IMG/VR virus record: IMGVR_UViG_3300047439_000002
Location: 1 to 56,129 of that record
Direction: 5' to 3' (one strand)
Length of the DNA stretch: 56,129 nucleotides
From: a virus
Taxonomy: Duplodnaviria; Caudoviricetes
This document shows positions 1 to 8,799 of this stretch, piece after piece. Made by a program: the position numbers and the translations under genes. Each line of letters starts with the position of its first letter. The stretch's first letter is position 1. The notes under the pieces were generated by a model. The model had not been told where the DNA came from, searched no databases, and saw only the letters and a program-made list of their open reading frames with translations.

Positions 1-127
1 CACCCCATCGATGGCTTCGTGGGATCGAACAGGGAAGGCGTGAGCACCCGAGTAGCGTACTCATGCCCCCCGAAGAACGTCTTGCCCCAGCGCCGACCAC
101 ACCGCACGACCTTGAACCGCGTACGGT
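1..127. repeat. 127-nt terminal duplication (identical to 56003-56129); circular assembly overlap
   Basis: First 127 nt match the last 127 nt exactly. The duplication falls inside terL, whose frame continues across the join; 127 is a common assembler k-mer. Confidence 0.95.
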
Positions 128-212
128 TCTGATGCAGGTCGCGCTGCCCCCCGTGGGGATGATAGCCCCACACTTCCCGGAATAGCTTTGTCTTGCTTAG
201 CACCGGAGCCAT
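1..212 (-). CDS. terL: Terminase large subunit, 5' part (continues at the window end)
   Basis: ATG at 212 reads MAPVLSKTKLFREVWGYHPHGGQRDLHQNRTRFKVVRCGRRWGKT, in frame with 54838..56109; Walker A GRRWGKT. Confidence 0.92.
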   Translation of the reverse strand, partial: MAPVLSKTKLFREVWGYHPHGGQRDLHQNRTRFKVVRCGRRWGKTFFGGHEYATRVLTPSLFDPTKPSMG

Positions 213-224
213 GATGTCACTTAC

Positions 225-506
225 CTATCGCGTGTTGAAGTTGCCATCGAGCTCGGGAGGCAGCACCGACTCCGGCTCTGTTCCGTCGTCCGTGGGATCG
301 ATAGCGTAGATCATCCCCAGCCGTTCACTCGAAGTCGGCACATGCGGAGGCGGAGCAATCCGTCCCGCCACTCCCGAGAACTCACCCGCTGACAGGTCGT
401 CGTAAGGGATGTCCGACACGATGTCTCGGCTATCCGGCGGGATCCTCACCGGCGTGTGGTCGAAGCGAGGATTCAGCCCGTACTGCGGTCCTACCGGTTC
501 AGTCAT
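225..506 (-). CDS. Hypothetical protein
   Basis: MTEPVGPQ start with GGAGG RBS; ATGA overlap with the upstream gene. Confidence 0.7.
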   Translation of the reverse strand: MTEPVGPQYGLNPRFDHTPVRIPPDSRDIVSDIPYDDLSAGEFSGVAGRIAPPPHVPTSSERLGMIYAIDPTDDGTEPESVLPPELDGNFNTR

Positions 507-682
507 CGACTCTTCCTCCGTGTCCGGGCCGAGGCCTTGTGTGCGCCTCGCCAATCCGACTTGCTGGTTGTCGCTCCGTGTGCCCACTTCTTGGCGGCCG
601 TCGGAACTGTCGCCCACATGAAGCGGCGCTGCCGCTCACTCTTGAACTTGCCCCCGCCGTGCGCCCTCTGCCGACTCGCCAT
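503..682 (-). CDS. Small basic protein (59 aa), not in ORF track
   Basis: Manual translation MASRQRAHGGGKFKSERQRRFMWATVPTAAKKWAHG...RKSR; GGGAG RBS; stop overlaps the next ATG. Confidence 0.7.
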   Translation of the reverse strand: MASRQRAHGGGKFKSERQRRFMWATVPTAAKKWAHGATTSKSDWRGAHKASARTRRKSR

Positions 683-1022
683 GGTCGCTCCCTCGCATGG
701 TCTGCTGGTTGAACATCCCCGTGATAGCGATGATCTTCTCCTCGGCCCGCTTCAAATCGTCCGGCGTCAGGATCCCGCCATCGATCAGCGCTTGCCGGAG
801 CACCGGGTCCATGGGGAATGCCACCCGAGAAGGCGGCTGAAAGCCCCGCTGAGCCGTTTCCCCGGTTGATCCGTCCCCATCCTTGCCCCGCCGGGTCAAG
901 AACGCTGCCACTCCCGCCTGGCCGGTGTTGAACGGGTGCACCGGCTTGTGCTCTCGATGCCACTTGTACGTCTGCGAGCACGTGGAGCACTCGGCGTCCT
1001 CGGCAATGCTACTCTCCGGCAT
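636..1022 (-). CDS. Hypothetical protein with CxxC/His motif
   Basis: CSTC...H..H; packed in operon; GGAGG RBS before MPESS. Confidence 0.65.
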   Translation of the reverse strand: MPESSIAEDAECSTCSQTYKWHREHKPVHPFNTGQAGVAAFLTRRGKDGDGSTGETAQRGFQPPSRVAFPMDPVLRQALIDGGILTPDDLKRAEEKIIAITGMFNQQTMRGSDHGESAEGARRGQVQE

Positions 1023-1626
1023 CTTCTTCCTCCCACTCACCTTCAACTACCTCTCCACCCGAGCCGATAGCCAGATGACCCTGCGGCTTGCCATCATCGA
1101 GAACGATCGCGGCAGCAAGGGCTTTCTTAGCCCCGTCAGTTGTCGTCAGTTCGAAGATGGCCTTCGGCTTACCTGCAACGTGCTCGATGATGAACTGCGC
1201 GGCAGCCAACCGAGTACGAGCATCAACGATAGGCCTGCCCTTGTCATCCACTTCTGTGGAGGTGATGAGGTTAGCCACGCACTTGATAGCGATATCCACG
1301 TAGCCGTGCAGTTTACCCAAGGTCTGGTTGAGAAGCCTTTTCTTGGCTTCTTCCTGGACCGTAGGAGTGACCCAGGCCGGAGGCCGTCCTCCGAAGTGCC
1401 CTTTCTTATTGCGAGGCCGTCCCCGAGACAACTCCTCGACATCCCACTCGTCAATGGGCTTCTTCCAGACCTGGTCCAGGTACAGGTCCACGTCGTACTG
1501 CATCCGTGCATCCTGGTTAGCCTTAGCGCGACGCAAGCGCCGCCTGATCTGCGAAGGCTTACGAGACAGCTTGCTCTCGTCTTTCGGCCTTCCCCCGATA
1601 TACCCCGCCTTGCGATGAATAGCCAT
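1009..1626 (-). CDS. Probable terminase small subunit
   Basis: Basic N-terminus, helical core (RLAAAQFIIEHVAGKP), acidic tail; lies just upstream of terL. Mainly a positional inference. Confidence 0.6.
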   Translation of the reverse strand: MAIHRKAGYIGGRPKDESKLSRKPSQIRRRLRRAKANQDARMQYDVDLYLDQVWKKPIDEWDVEELSRGRPRNKKGHFGGRPPAWVTPTVQEEAKKRLLNQTLGKLHGYVDIAIKCVANLITSTEVDDKGRPIVDARTRLAAAQFIIEHVAGKPKAIFELTTTDGAKKALAAAIVLDDGKPQGHLAIGSGGEVVEGEWEEEDAGE

Positions 1627-1636
1627 GCCGACCATT

Positions 1637-1840
1637 CTATATCTTAGGGAGTCCGCCCAGCGTACGAGATGGACGCCAGGGGTCACGCACCTGCACGGGG
1701 TCTGGCACGTCTTCCTGAGAAGGGCCCAGTCGATCCGGACGCAACTCTTCCGACCGGTGCCACTCCACATCCATGACGTACGTCCCCGAGCCGCCTACGG
1801 GCTTCTGACGCCGCTTAAACAGATCTCTCAACCACGACAT
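1637..1840 (-). CDS. Hypothetical protein
   Basis: GAGGGGG RBS; same strand as the operon. Confidence 0.6.
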   Translation of the reverse strand: MSWLRDLFKRRQKPVGGSGTYVMDVEWHRSEELRPDRLGPSQEDVPDPVQVRDPWRPSRTLGGLPKI

Positions 1841-1851
1841 GTCCTACCCCC

Positions 1852-2091
1852 TCATCCCGCCAGGGTCCACCGTTCTCGGAGGGCCCGTTCCTGCCGAAGT
1901 GTCGCTACCAGCTCGGTGGACCAGAGGCAGTACTCCGTCCGGCCACCGTGAGCGCGTGCCCAGGGGTTGTTACGGATGCCCCTGCCCACACCCGCGTGAC
2001 GGACTCTGCGCACCCTCACCACGTACGTAGCCCCATACCGGCGTGTGGTCAGCCGCACCCAGCGCAGCCAGATATAAACCTGCATGATCAT
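1852..2091 (-). CDS. Hypothetical Arg-rich protein
   Basis: AAGGGAG RBS before the ATG; fills the gap. Confidence 0.5.
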   Translation of the reverse strand: MIMQVYIWLRWVRLTTRRYGATYVVRVRRVRHAGVGRGIRNNPWARAHGGRTEYCLWSTELVATLRQERALRERWTLAG

Positions 2092-2118
2092 GGTATTCTC
2101 TCCCTTATCCAGGTAGCC

Positions 2119-2186
2119 AAAAGGGGCGGAAGTCGTAAGGTGGCATTCCGCTTAACGGTGTTAGCCACGGTACGATCTTCCGCCCC
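2119..2186 (-). terminator. Long bulged hairpin followed by TTTT on the minus strand
   Basis: GGGGCGGAAG...CTTCCGCCCC with inner TCGTA/TACGA and GTGGC/GCCAC pairs. Confidence 0.5.
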
Positions 2187-2262
2187 GAGGGGTAGTGCGG
2201 ATCTGCCCGGAAGAACGGGGGGCAACCTGGCAGAATGGCACTACGGTATCAACGTACCACAC

Positions 2263-2766
2263 CTACGGGCGCGTTACGCTCACGTTCCATTGGAGTTCAT
2301 CCCCGTCACCTACCGGCATCGGCTCCACCTTGATGCCATGGTTCATCACGTCCCGCAGGTCCGACTCGTGCACGATGAAGGGCCCGCCCAGATCGCCCCT
2401 GCCGGACGAAGCGACCGTGTGCACCACGACAGCCCGCAGTACCGAGTACAGCTCACGGGATACGTGCACGATCTCCCCGTCACGCACAGCCCGCTCGTGG
2501 ACGTTCTTGTAGTTGATCCCCGCGATAGCCTCGTCCATGAACGAGGGATCGACGGTCGCGAGGTTGTTCACCCGCAGGCGTTGGATGGTGTCGATCTCGG
2601 CCGAGGTAAGTTCCAGATCGTCGCCGGAGAAGGTGAGCGCCAGCGATCCCCAGAAGTTGGCGAGGGCCGTCCACTCGTTGCCCATCTTGGCGTAGTGAAT
2701 GGCGTTCTCACGTGCTTCCAGCCGGTTGCGAGGGTGCTCGTACGGTAGTCCGTCCGCTGTGGTCAC
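2263..2766 (-). CDS. Hypothetical protein
   Basis: 167-aa ORF, GGAGAG RBS, GTGA overlap. Confidence 0.7.
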   Translation of the reverse strand: MTTADGLPYEHPRNRLEARENAIHYAKMGNEWTALANFWGSLALTFSGDDLELTSAEIDTIQRLRVNNLATVDPSFMDEAIAGINYKNVHERAVRDGEIVHVSRELYSVLRAVVVHTVASSGRGDLGGPFIVHESDLRDVMNHGIKVEPMPVGDGDELQWNVSVTRP

Positions 2767-2951
2767 TTGCTCTCCTTGGGAGTGAAGCCAGCCGCCACGA
2801 GCGCCGCCTCCGTGAGCGGGGCGAACCGGTGCCGCTGGCGCTTGGTGATCGGGGTAGGCCGGGGGACAGCCACCTTGACCGAGGGGTCGATCCCGGTGGC
2901 TGTCACCACAGCGTCGTAGATGGGTGTGGCCGAGGGCGTCGTCGTTGTCAT
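2763..2951 (-). CDS. Hypothetical protein, likely leaderless
   Basis: Starts ATGACAACGACG, 6 nt below a -10 box. Confidence 0.6.
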   Translation of the reverse strand: MTTTTPSATPIYDAVVTATGIDPSVKVAVPRPTPITKRQRHRFAPLTEAALVAAGFTPKESK

Positions 2952-2957
2952 GCAGCC

Positions 2958-2986
2958 ATCATGCGGGCCAGTTCGTAGCCCCACAA
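2958..2986 (-). promoter_or_regulatory. Housekeeping-sigma-type promoter
   Basis: TTGTGG-N17-CATGAT-N6-ATG. Confidence 0.5.
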
Positions 2987-2990
2987 CTCG

Positions 2991-3248
2991 CTACATGTAG
3001 AGCCGTTGAACCCAGGCCTGCCCGACATCATGAGCCATGTCGATATGGCCTTGTGCGGACTGCATATCCGCCAGACACCGCACGAGCATGGCCTTCATCA
3101 TGTTAGCCGACTCACCATCGCCCAGGGCACCCATGGAGTTCAGCGCCGTCTGGATGGACTCAATGGCGGTACCCAGGTGATTGCGCGCATCCGCTCCGGC
3201 CACCCCAACGGAGTTGATTGCGGCGGCGAGCTCATTCAGGGAAGCCAT
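2991..3248 (-). CDS. Small helical-hairpin protein (WXG100/ESAT-6-like size and pattern)
   Basis: 85 aa, Ala-rich amphipathic helices with a central GALGDG turn. Confidence 0.6.
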   Translation of the reverse strand: MASLNELAAAINSVGVAGADARNHLGTAIESIQTALNSMGALGDGESANMMKAMLVRCLADMQSAQGHIDMAHDVGQAWVQRLYM

Positions 3249-3251
3249 GGA

Positions 3252-3944
3252 TCAGGCCTGGATGTTCCGAGCGAAGGTCTCTCCGAGTTCCTTGCCCATC
3301 ATCAGCGAGTGCTGGATGGAGTCCACCGCGTCACGGGCAGTGTTTAGGTGGGCCATCCAGTCCTGCAACGTCCCGCTCTGGCTCTCGCCCATGAGCTCTG
3401 CGACTCCCGCCCGTGCTCGCTGAATCTCGACCTTCACCCCGTCCATTCCCGCCATGGACACCTCCGAGGCGTTGATTGCCGAAGCCACCTGCGCGAGGAT
3501 GTCACTCATCGATGCCATTGCTTGTTCTGCCCTTCCCAACGGTTGCCCCAGCACTCCGAGTGGAGGCCGGGTGTACTTGGTAGCGTCCGGGATGATATCC
3601 TCGTCCGCTCGTCCGCCAAGGTGCCACTCTGTCGAGTGGTTCCCTGGCGCATTCCTGTCGTGGTCCCCGTTCAAGGGCTGTGACTTACCTGCACCATCCC
3701 CGTTGCTGGGCTTGTTCTCCCGAGCTTTCTTCTCTTTGTGCCGAGCCAGCCTTAGCTCTCCCCAGATGTTCACCAGTCGTTGCTTGGCCTCATCCGATAG
3801 CGGATACACCATCAGTGATGCTGGGCAGGTCATGCTCGGTGCCCAGGACGGGCCCTTCAACGGATGCGTAGGGATGAGCATGTCGGGAAGCGAGGGAGTG
3901 ACCGAGTACTCCGCCTTACACAGGGAGAATACACACTTGATCAT
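3252..3944 (-). CDS. Protein with N-terminal Cys/His motif and C-terminal helical-hairpin domain (possible internal start at 3518)
   Basis: C..C..H..CPAS at the N-terminus; the last 88 aa (MASMSDILAQ...) resemble 2991..3248. Confidence 0.65.
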   Translation of the reverse strand: MIKCVFSLCKAEYSVTPSLPDMLIPTHPLKGPSWAPSMTCPASLMVYPLSDEAKQRLVNIWGELRLARHKEKKARENKPSNGDGAGKSQPLNGDHDRNAPGNHSTEWHLGGRADEDIIPDATKYTRPPLGVLGQPLGRAEQAMASMSDILAQVASAINASEVSMAGMDGVKVEIQRARAGVAELMGESQSGTLQDWMAHLNTARDAVDSIQHSLMMGKELGETFARNIQA

Positions 3945-4372
3945 GCGCCATACCCCGGCTCCCAGAACTTCCGTTCCAGATTGCTCCGCTTCACGATCAC
4001 GACCAGTTTGGCCCGAGTCTTGATGTTGGTTAGCTCCACAGTCATTCCCCCGGTGACCAGGTCAGTGCTCACACCCCTCACAAGGTAGGCCACTTTGTTG
4101 ACCTCAACCATCATTCTCGGCTGAAGCTCGAGCGTGGACAACCACCCGAAGTCTTTGCGTGGCGAAGGATCCGCCCAGACCGGCTTACCTTGGAAGTCTA
4201 GTCCGATCAGCCGATCCCCCCGCCTCTTACGCGCTTTGAACAACCGGTCTCCGCAGTCCAAGCACTTGCAGGATTGCCAGTCGTGATCGAAAGACATCAG
4301 GAATCGGACCACACCTGCGATCACTCCGACCATCGTTGCCACGATCCCCAGTACTGCTGCCCATACGGGCAT
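3941..4372 (-). CDS. Membrane-anchored hypothetical protein
   Basis: N-terminal hydrophobic helix, then H..CKCLDC. Confidence 0.7.
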   Translation of the reverse strand: MPVWAAVLGIVATMVGVIAGVVRFLMSFDHDWQSCKCLDCGDRLFKARKRRGDRLIGLDFQGKPVWADPSPRKDFGWLSTLELQPRMMVEVNKVAYLVRGVSTDLVTGGMTVELTNIKTRAKLVVIVKRSNLERKFWEPGYGA

Positions 4373-4538
4373 GTCCTTACCCCCTCCCGTTCAACCCTTT
4401 GACCCAACCACATGAGAACAAACAGGTCAAATTGATCACCACGGCGCGCGGTGTGGCCCGGTCACACACGCAACGATGCCCCGTCACAGCCCCTGAGATC
4501 GCCTCAGAGCGCCGTACGGGGCACGTTGGGGGTGGTGG

Positions 4539-5147
4539 TCACCAATTGGCGAGTGCGGACCTCTGAGCCGATGTCAGCGTAGAGGGCGTGGCCTTCCCTC
4601 CGCACGTCCGGTATCGGTTCATCGCCGTGCAGCTGGTCACGTGCCGGAGGTAGTAAGCATGTCCGATCTCGTGAACGAGCAAGTACCGCCGGTTGGCAGC
4701 CGACCACTTCCGACTCTTGGCCTTGCCTTCGTCGATAGTGATCGTCGCGCCCTTCCAGTTCCACGAAGACCAGCCGACCGGGTTGCCCTTCAGCTTGCCC
4801 GGCTTGATGACGATGCAGCGCCACGCGTCCGCCGGGCACTTCTTCACGATCGAGGCCTCGGAGGTGGAGTACCGGTCGATGTACTTCACAGCGTCCGAGA
4901 CGATCCACGCCGAAGACACGGTCTCCACCACGTAGACCTTCTTGTGCACCGGCAGGTGGTCCTGCAAGTCCGGGTCAGTGGCAGTGACCGCTACCAGGAT
5001 CTGACCACCCACCCCCTTGGGGCCGCTTGTCTTGATACTGGCGAGGATCGTCAGTGCCGCGATGAACATCGACAGCACCACCAGTGCTACCACCACAGGC
5101 ACCCACGACCTGCCCCGGCTGGCCTGCGGCTCCCAGTCCCCGCTCAT
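4539..5147 (-). CDS. Membrane-anchored metzincin (matrixin/M10-like) Zn metallopeptidase
   Basis: HEIGHAYYLRH (HExxHxxxxxH), Met-turn TAMN, N-terminal TM helix, GGAG RBS. Confidence 0.8.
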   Translation of the reverse strand: MSGDWEPQASRGRSWVPVVVALVVLSMFIAALTILASIKTSGPKGVGGQILVAVTATDPDLQDHLPVHKKVYVVETVSSAWIVSDAVKYIDRYSTSEASIVKKCPADAWRCIVIKPGKLKGNPVGWSSWNWKGATITIDEGKAKSRKWSAANRRYLLVHEIGHAYYLRHVTSCTAMNRYRTCGGKATPSTLTSAQRSALANW

Positions 5148-5196
5148 ATCCTTCTCCCTTACTGTTGAGGGCCGACCAGAACGGCCGACCCTCATA

Positions 5197-5225
5197 ACTA
5201 TGAATCTCTATCGCCTAGCCGTCAA
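5197..5225 (-). promoter_or_regulatory. Promoter upstream of the metallopeptidase
   Basis: TTGACG-N17-CATAGT; shares TTTGACGGCTAG with the promoter at 35447-35475. Confidence 0.5.
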
Positions 5226-5416
5226 ACAGCGTCCTCAGCGCCCAGGTACTCCGCATACAGCCGGTTGTACTCTGCCTGGTGCTGGGCCTCCAAGTCAGCC
5301 AAGGCCTTGCGGCGCGCATTAGCCCGCTGCTTCTGGATCCTCAACGCCCTCACCCCGGCCGGAGTCTTACGCCATTCCCGCATGTAGTCCGCTTGTCCGA
5401 TGATCACCACTACCAC
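5222..5416 (-). CDS. Hypothetical helical protein
   Basis: Packed in operon; YMREWR...ARRKALADL. Confidence 0.6.
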   Translation of the reverse strand: MVVVIIGQADYMREWRKTPAGVRALRIQKQRANARRKALADLEAQHQAEYNRLYAEYLGAEDAV

Positions 5417-5658
5417 CCGTTCCCGTGTGCATTTTGCTCATGCCGGTCACGAGACTCCACAGACAAGAACCGCTCGGTGCAATCCGCTACCCATCGACAT
5501 CCGTAGGTCCGGTGCACGGTGTCAGACAGCAACATGTGACACTTGTGCAGACGGAAGCCTTTACGATGCCAGGTCGTGGGGATCGTCCAGTCACACCTGC
5601 CAAACCTTCCCGGAATGAACAGGTGTTGCGGTAGTGAACGGGAGCTCATACCCAGCAC
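5410..5658 (-). CDS. Hypothetical His/Cys-rich protein
   Basis: Packed in operon; C..H..C..H..C. Confidence 0.5.
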   Translation of the reverse strand: MLGMSSRSLPQHLFIPGRFGRCDWTIPTTWHRKGFRLHKCHMLLSDTVHRTYGCRWVADCTERFLSVESRDRHEQNAHGNGW

Positions 5659-5669
5659 CGTAACACCGG

Positions 5670-5924
5670 CTATACGAGCCGAGCCCTACGCGGATTGATG
5701 TGGTCAGCGGAGGGAGCAATCAGCTCAACCTCTGGCCGAAGTGGACGGAACTCAACGCCTGCCCACTTATAGATCACCTTGCCGCGCACACCCTTGGGCC
5801 GATACGCCGCGCGGTGGTCACCACTGTGTGGCCCGTCAGAGATGACCAGATTGCACCGAGGGCGGGGTACCACACCACCGCACAGTGCGCCAGGGACAAC
5901 AACCTCACATCGCTTGATAGCCAT
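5670..5924 (-). CDS. Hypothetical Cys/His protein
   Basis: RC...C...RCNL..GPHSGDH pattern seen in small actinophage proteins. Confidence 0.55.
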   Translation of the reverse strand: MAIKRCEVVVPGALCGGVVPRPRCNLVISDGPHSGDHRAAYRPKGVRGKVIYKWAGVEFRPLRPEVELIAPSADHINPRRARLV

Positions 5925-5941
5925 TGGGCCATCGTGCCATG

Positions 5942-8026
5942 CTAAGACGTAGCCACGAACCAGGCCGTGCTGTCACCGGCGTATCCGCTGAGGTTAGCCG
6001 GGGCAGTAGTCGTCACACCCGCGTTAGCGGTGGCGTACTGCGCCTGGCCTGCCGTCTGGTTAGCATTCACGATCGCCGAGCCGTTGTTGCTCGCTCGCGA
6101 GAAGGTGGCACCAGTCGTGCCGTTGAACCACCAGGCGATGCGGTACCAGGCACCGGGCTGCACAGCCATCGGAGTGTTGAGAGGGTGGGTCTTAAAGCCT
6201 CCGTCACCCCATCCGTTAGCACCGGTTGCGTGCAGTGAGGCAGTGATAGCACCAGGCCCGAGAAGCGCCCCTGCGTCGTTGTACGCGGCAGCGAAGCACT
6301 GGCCAGATGTGAGAGCCGTACCGCCAGCCGTGAGGTGGAAGTGGATATTCGTGAGCACCGAGGTGGTCATCTTGACTCGCGCCACGCGCACCAGTCCAGC
6401 GGTGGCCTGCGCCAGGGTACCGAACACCGAGGCAGCCGGGTCGTAGGTCCACCCGTTCAGGTTGTGATCACTGGGCTGCGGTGTGGCCGATCCGAGAAGG
6501 GCGATCCACCCGCCCGGAGTACCGGCCACAGTGCACCGATAGGCACCGTCAGTAGCCACCACCACGTTGCCGACAGCCCAGGTCCCAGTGGTCGGCGCTC
6601 CGGGAGTATCCTTGTAGCCACAGAGGCCGATGTTAGTCAGGCCGTTCTTGGCTCCGAGGTAAGCAACCCCCTGGCCTGCGCGCTGGTCAATGGACTGCTC
6701 CGCAGCGAAGGCACCAGACCCGAACTCCGTCAGCCCCACCAGGGTATTGCCATCACCTCGTAGCCGCCGGAGGTTGGTCTGCACTCCGGTGTAGTCCTGG
6801 TTAGCCCATCGGGACTCGATAACGTCTCCGACAATCTCCCAGTCTAGTGCCCCGCCACTGGACCTCCACCGGGCAGAACCACCAGCAGTTCTCACCACAG
6901 TGAACGTGGAGTCAGTTACCACCGGAGCCACAGTCGGCAAGTAAGGACCGCCTACTGCCAGGGTGCCCGAGACATCGGGGAGGGTCCACGTCCGAGCCGC
7001 AGTGGGGTTGGCTTGCAGCGAAGACGAGAAGCCATTCTTCAACACTACCGACTTGATGCCGGTCTGGTTGTTGCCGATGGAGTACGAGTTCTGCGCCGTA
7101 CCGCTGTCGTCTCCATTCACGTCCGCTTGCTGCACAGCCAGAGCACCGAGAGTGGCGTGAGAACGCAGGACCACACCAACGACAGCGCGGTAGTTCGGGT
7201 GAGCTGGGAGCGTCGTGGTAAGCGCTCCGGCAGTGGTAGCCGAGAGGTACACCGGCACACCAGAGGCAAGCCCAGAGGTGTCCAGGTTGTCGATGCGGCC
7301 CTGCACCATGACTCGGCCGTAGGCGTTGTTCAACAACGTCTCAATCATCACACCGATGACAGGCAGTGTGGTCTTGCTGTCGGCCCTCGCCAGGCCAACC
7401 GTGGGGATCGTGCCAGATCCGGGGTGCACTCCGTTAGCGAACACCGCAGTGCCCTTGGTCAGCGTCCCGCCTGTGGCGTTCCGGACCACGAAGGACGTAT
7501 CCCTGATGGGGTCGATCTCGATGCCCTCCGGCAGCATCATGCGAGGCACCGTGTTGGTATCGATGTCCTTCGCATACATCTGGATGATGTCAGCCAGGGG
7601 TGCCGGAGTAGCCGTCTCAGAGAGCTGTAGAGGGCCGGAGATGGGTCCACTGTGGGTGTGGTTGATCGGGGCATAAGCCAGGCCCTGTGATCCCGTCAGA
7701 GCCGGGATAGGGAGCGGCATGGTGTGGCCAGGAACGTCATACGGCACAGCAGCGAAGTACTTGTACCGCCGCTGACCGTCGAAGATCACGACCTCATAAG
7801 TCCACCCGACAGGGGCCCAGGCCGGATCGTTGGTAGGCATGACCGGAATGCTGAACGTGCCATTGACTGCGACCGGCACAGGGCCATCAGAACCGGGCTC
7901 AATCACGGTTCCGTCAGCGTGCCGGACGAGCACCGGCCGGATGAACTCGATAGTGGCGGTAGGATCGGCAGTCCAAGGCTTCTCTCGCATCTCACCGTTG
8001 ATCGTGATGATGATCGGGTCAGCCAT
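5942..8026 (-). CDS. Virion fibre / minor structural protein
   Basis: Gly/Thr/Ala-rich modular beta protein. N-terminal GTFSIP..NDP..P.GWTYEV segment, internal DUF2190-like segment, GAPTTGTW..G..V repeat. Confidence 0.75.
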   Translation of the reverse strand: MADPIIITINGEMREKPWTADPTATIEFIRPVLVRHADGTVIEPGSDGPVPVAVNGTFSIPVMPTNDPAWAPVGWTYEVVIFDGQRRYKYFAAVPYDVPGHTMPLPIPALTGSQGLAYAPINHTHSGPISGPLQLSETATPAPLADIIQMYAKDIDTNTVPRMMLPEGIEIDPIRDTSFVVRNATGGTLTKGTAVFANGVHPGSGTIPTVGLARADSKTTLPVIGVMIETLLNNAYGRVMVQGRIDNLDTSGLASGVPVYLSATTAGALTTTLPAHPNYRAVVGVVLRSHATLGALAVQQADVNGDDSGTAQNSYSIGNNQTGIKSVVLKNGFSSSLQANPTAARTWTLPDVSGTLAVGGPYLPTVAPVVTDSTFTVVRTAGGSARWRSSGGALDWEIVGDVIESRWANQDYTGVQTNLRRLRGDGNTLVGLTEFGSGAFAAEQSIDQRAGQGVAYLGAKNGLTNIGLCGYKDTPGAPTTGTWAVGNVVVATDGAYRCTVAGTPGGWIALLGSATPQPSDHNLNGWTYDPAASVFGTLAQATAGLVRVARVKMTTSVLTNIHFHLTAGGTALTSGQCFAAAYNDAGALLGPGAITASLHATGANGWGDGGFKTHPLNTPMAVQPGAWYRIAWWFNGTTGATFSRASNNGSAIVNANQTAGQAQYATANAGVTTTAPANLSGYAGDSTAWFVATS

Positions 8027-8099
8027 CAGTCTGTCTCCATTGGATAGACGAAGGGACCGCAACCCATCCCCTTAGGTTGCGGCCCCTCCGATCGGCGAA

Positions 8100-8249
8100 C
8101 TACCGAAGGCCACCATCTCGGTAGAACACCCTCCCGGCCTGGGGAAAGTCGTTGTCGACTCCCGACAGTGCCGAGATGAAGTTGGTTGAGATCGTCATTG
8201 GAACCACTTCCTCTCCCGGTGCCGTCGGTTGGTCGATGGGGTCAATCAT
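8100..8249 (-). CDS. Small hypothetical protein (49 aa)
   Basis: Manual translation MIDPIDQPTAPGEEVVPM...RDGGLR; G-rich RBS. Confidence 0.4.
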   Translation of the reverse strand: MIDPIDQPTAPGEEVVPMTISTNFISALSGVDNDFPQAGRVFYRDGGLR

Positions 8250-8276
8250 GGCACACCCCCAAACTCCGGCACCAAA

Positions 8277-8756
8277 TCAGTCAGTAGCCTTCATCGCCTT
8301 AACTACTGCCTCGATGGTCGCAGTCGAGAAGTGCGCATCCATGTATCTCCGGACTCCCCGCTCGGCGAGTCGGAGCGCCCGGCTAGAACCAGCCGTGAAG
8401 CCCCGTTCATAGGTCTCTCGCTTCATGGCCTGGACACCGGCCAGCTTCGTCAAGCCACCCACCGGCGGCGAGTAGTCCGGGTCTTCGAACAGGCCACCGA
8501 GTAGCACCACGTCTCCGGCTTCGACCTTGATCGGCGGATCGACTGGGATCGTCTTCAAGCCGGGTACCACACCGCGACTCAATCCAGCGGTGTGCTGCAA
8601 CTCGAAGATGGCAGCGCACAACCCCTCGACTTCATGCTCTAGCTTGGAGATGCGCTGGTTGAGAGTGACCACCGCCTTGTCTGTTCCGGCGAGGTCTTCC
8701 TCCAATCCCCGGATCTTCTTCGGAGCCCAGTCCAGTTCCCTTGAATCGTCCTTCAT
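8277..8756 (-). CDS. Hypothetical coiled-coil protein
   Basis: LNQRISKLEHEVEGL heptads; AAAGGG RBS. Confidence 0.65.
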   Translation of the reverse strand: MKDDSRELDWAPKKIRGLEEDLAGTDKAVVTLNQRISKLEHEVEGLCAAIFELQHTAGLSRGVVPGLKTIPVDPPIKVEAGDVVLLGGLFEDPDYSPPVGGLTKLAGVQAMKRETYERGFTAGSSRALRLAERGVRRYMDAHFSTATIEAVVKAMKATD

Positions 8757-8799
8757 CTCACGACCCTTTCCCTCGGTTGTTGGGTCCATCAACTATCCC

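Noticed and set aside
499-990. 163-aa ORF from the track
   Set aside because: Better explained by 636..1022 plus 503..682, which have an RBS and tight coupling.
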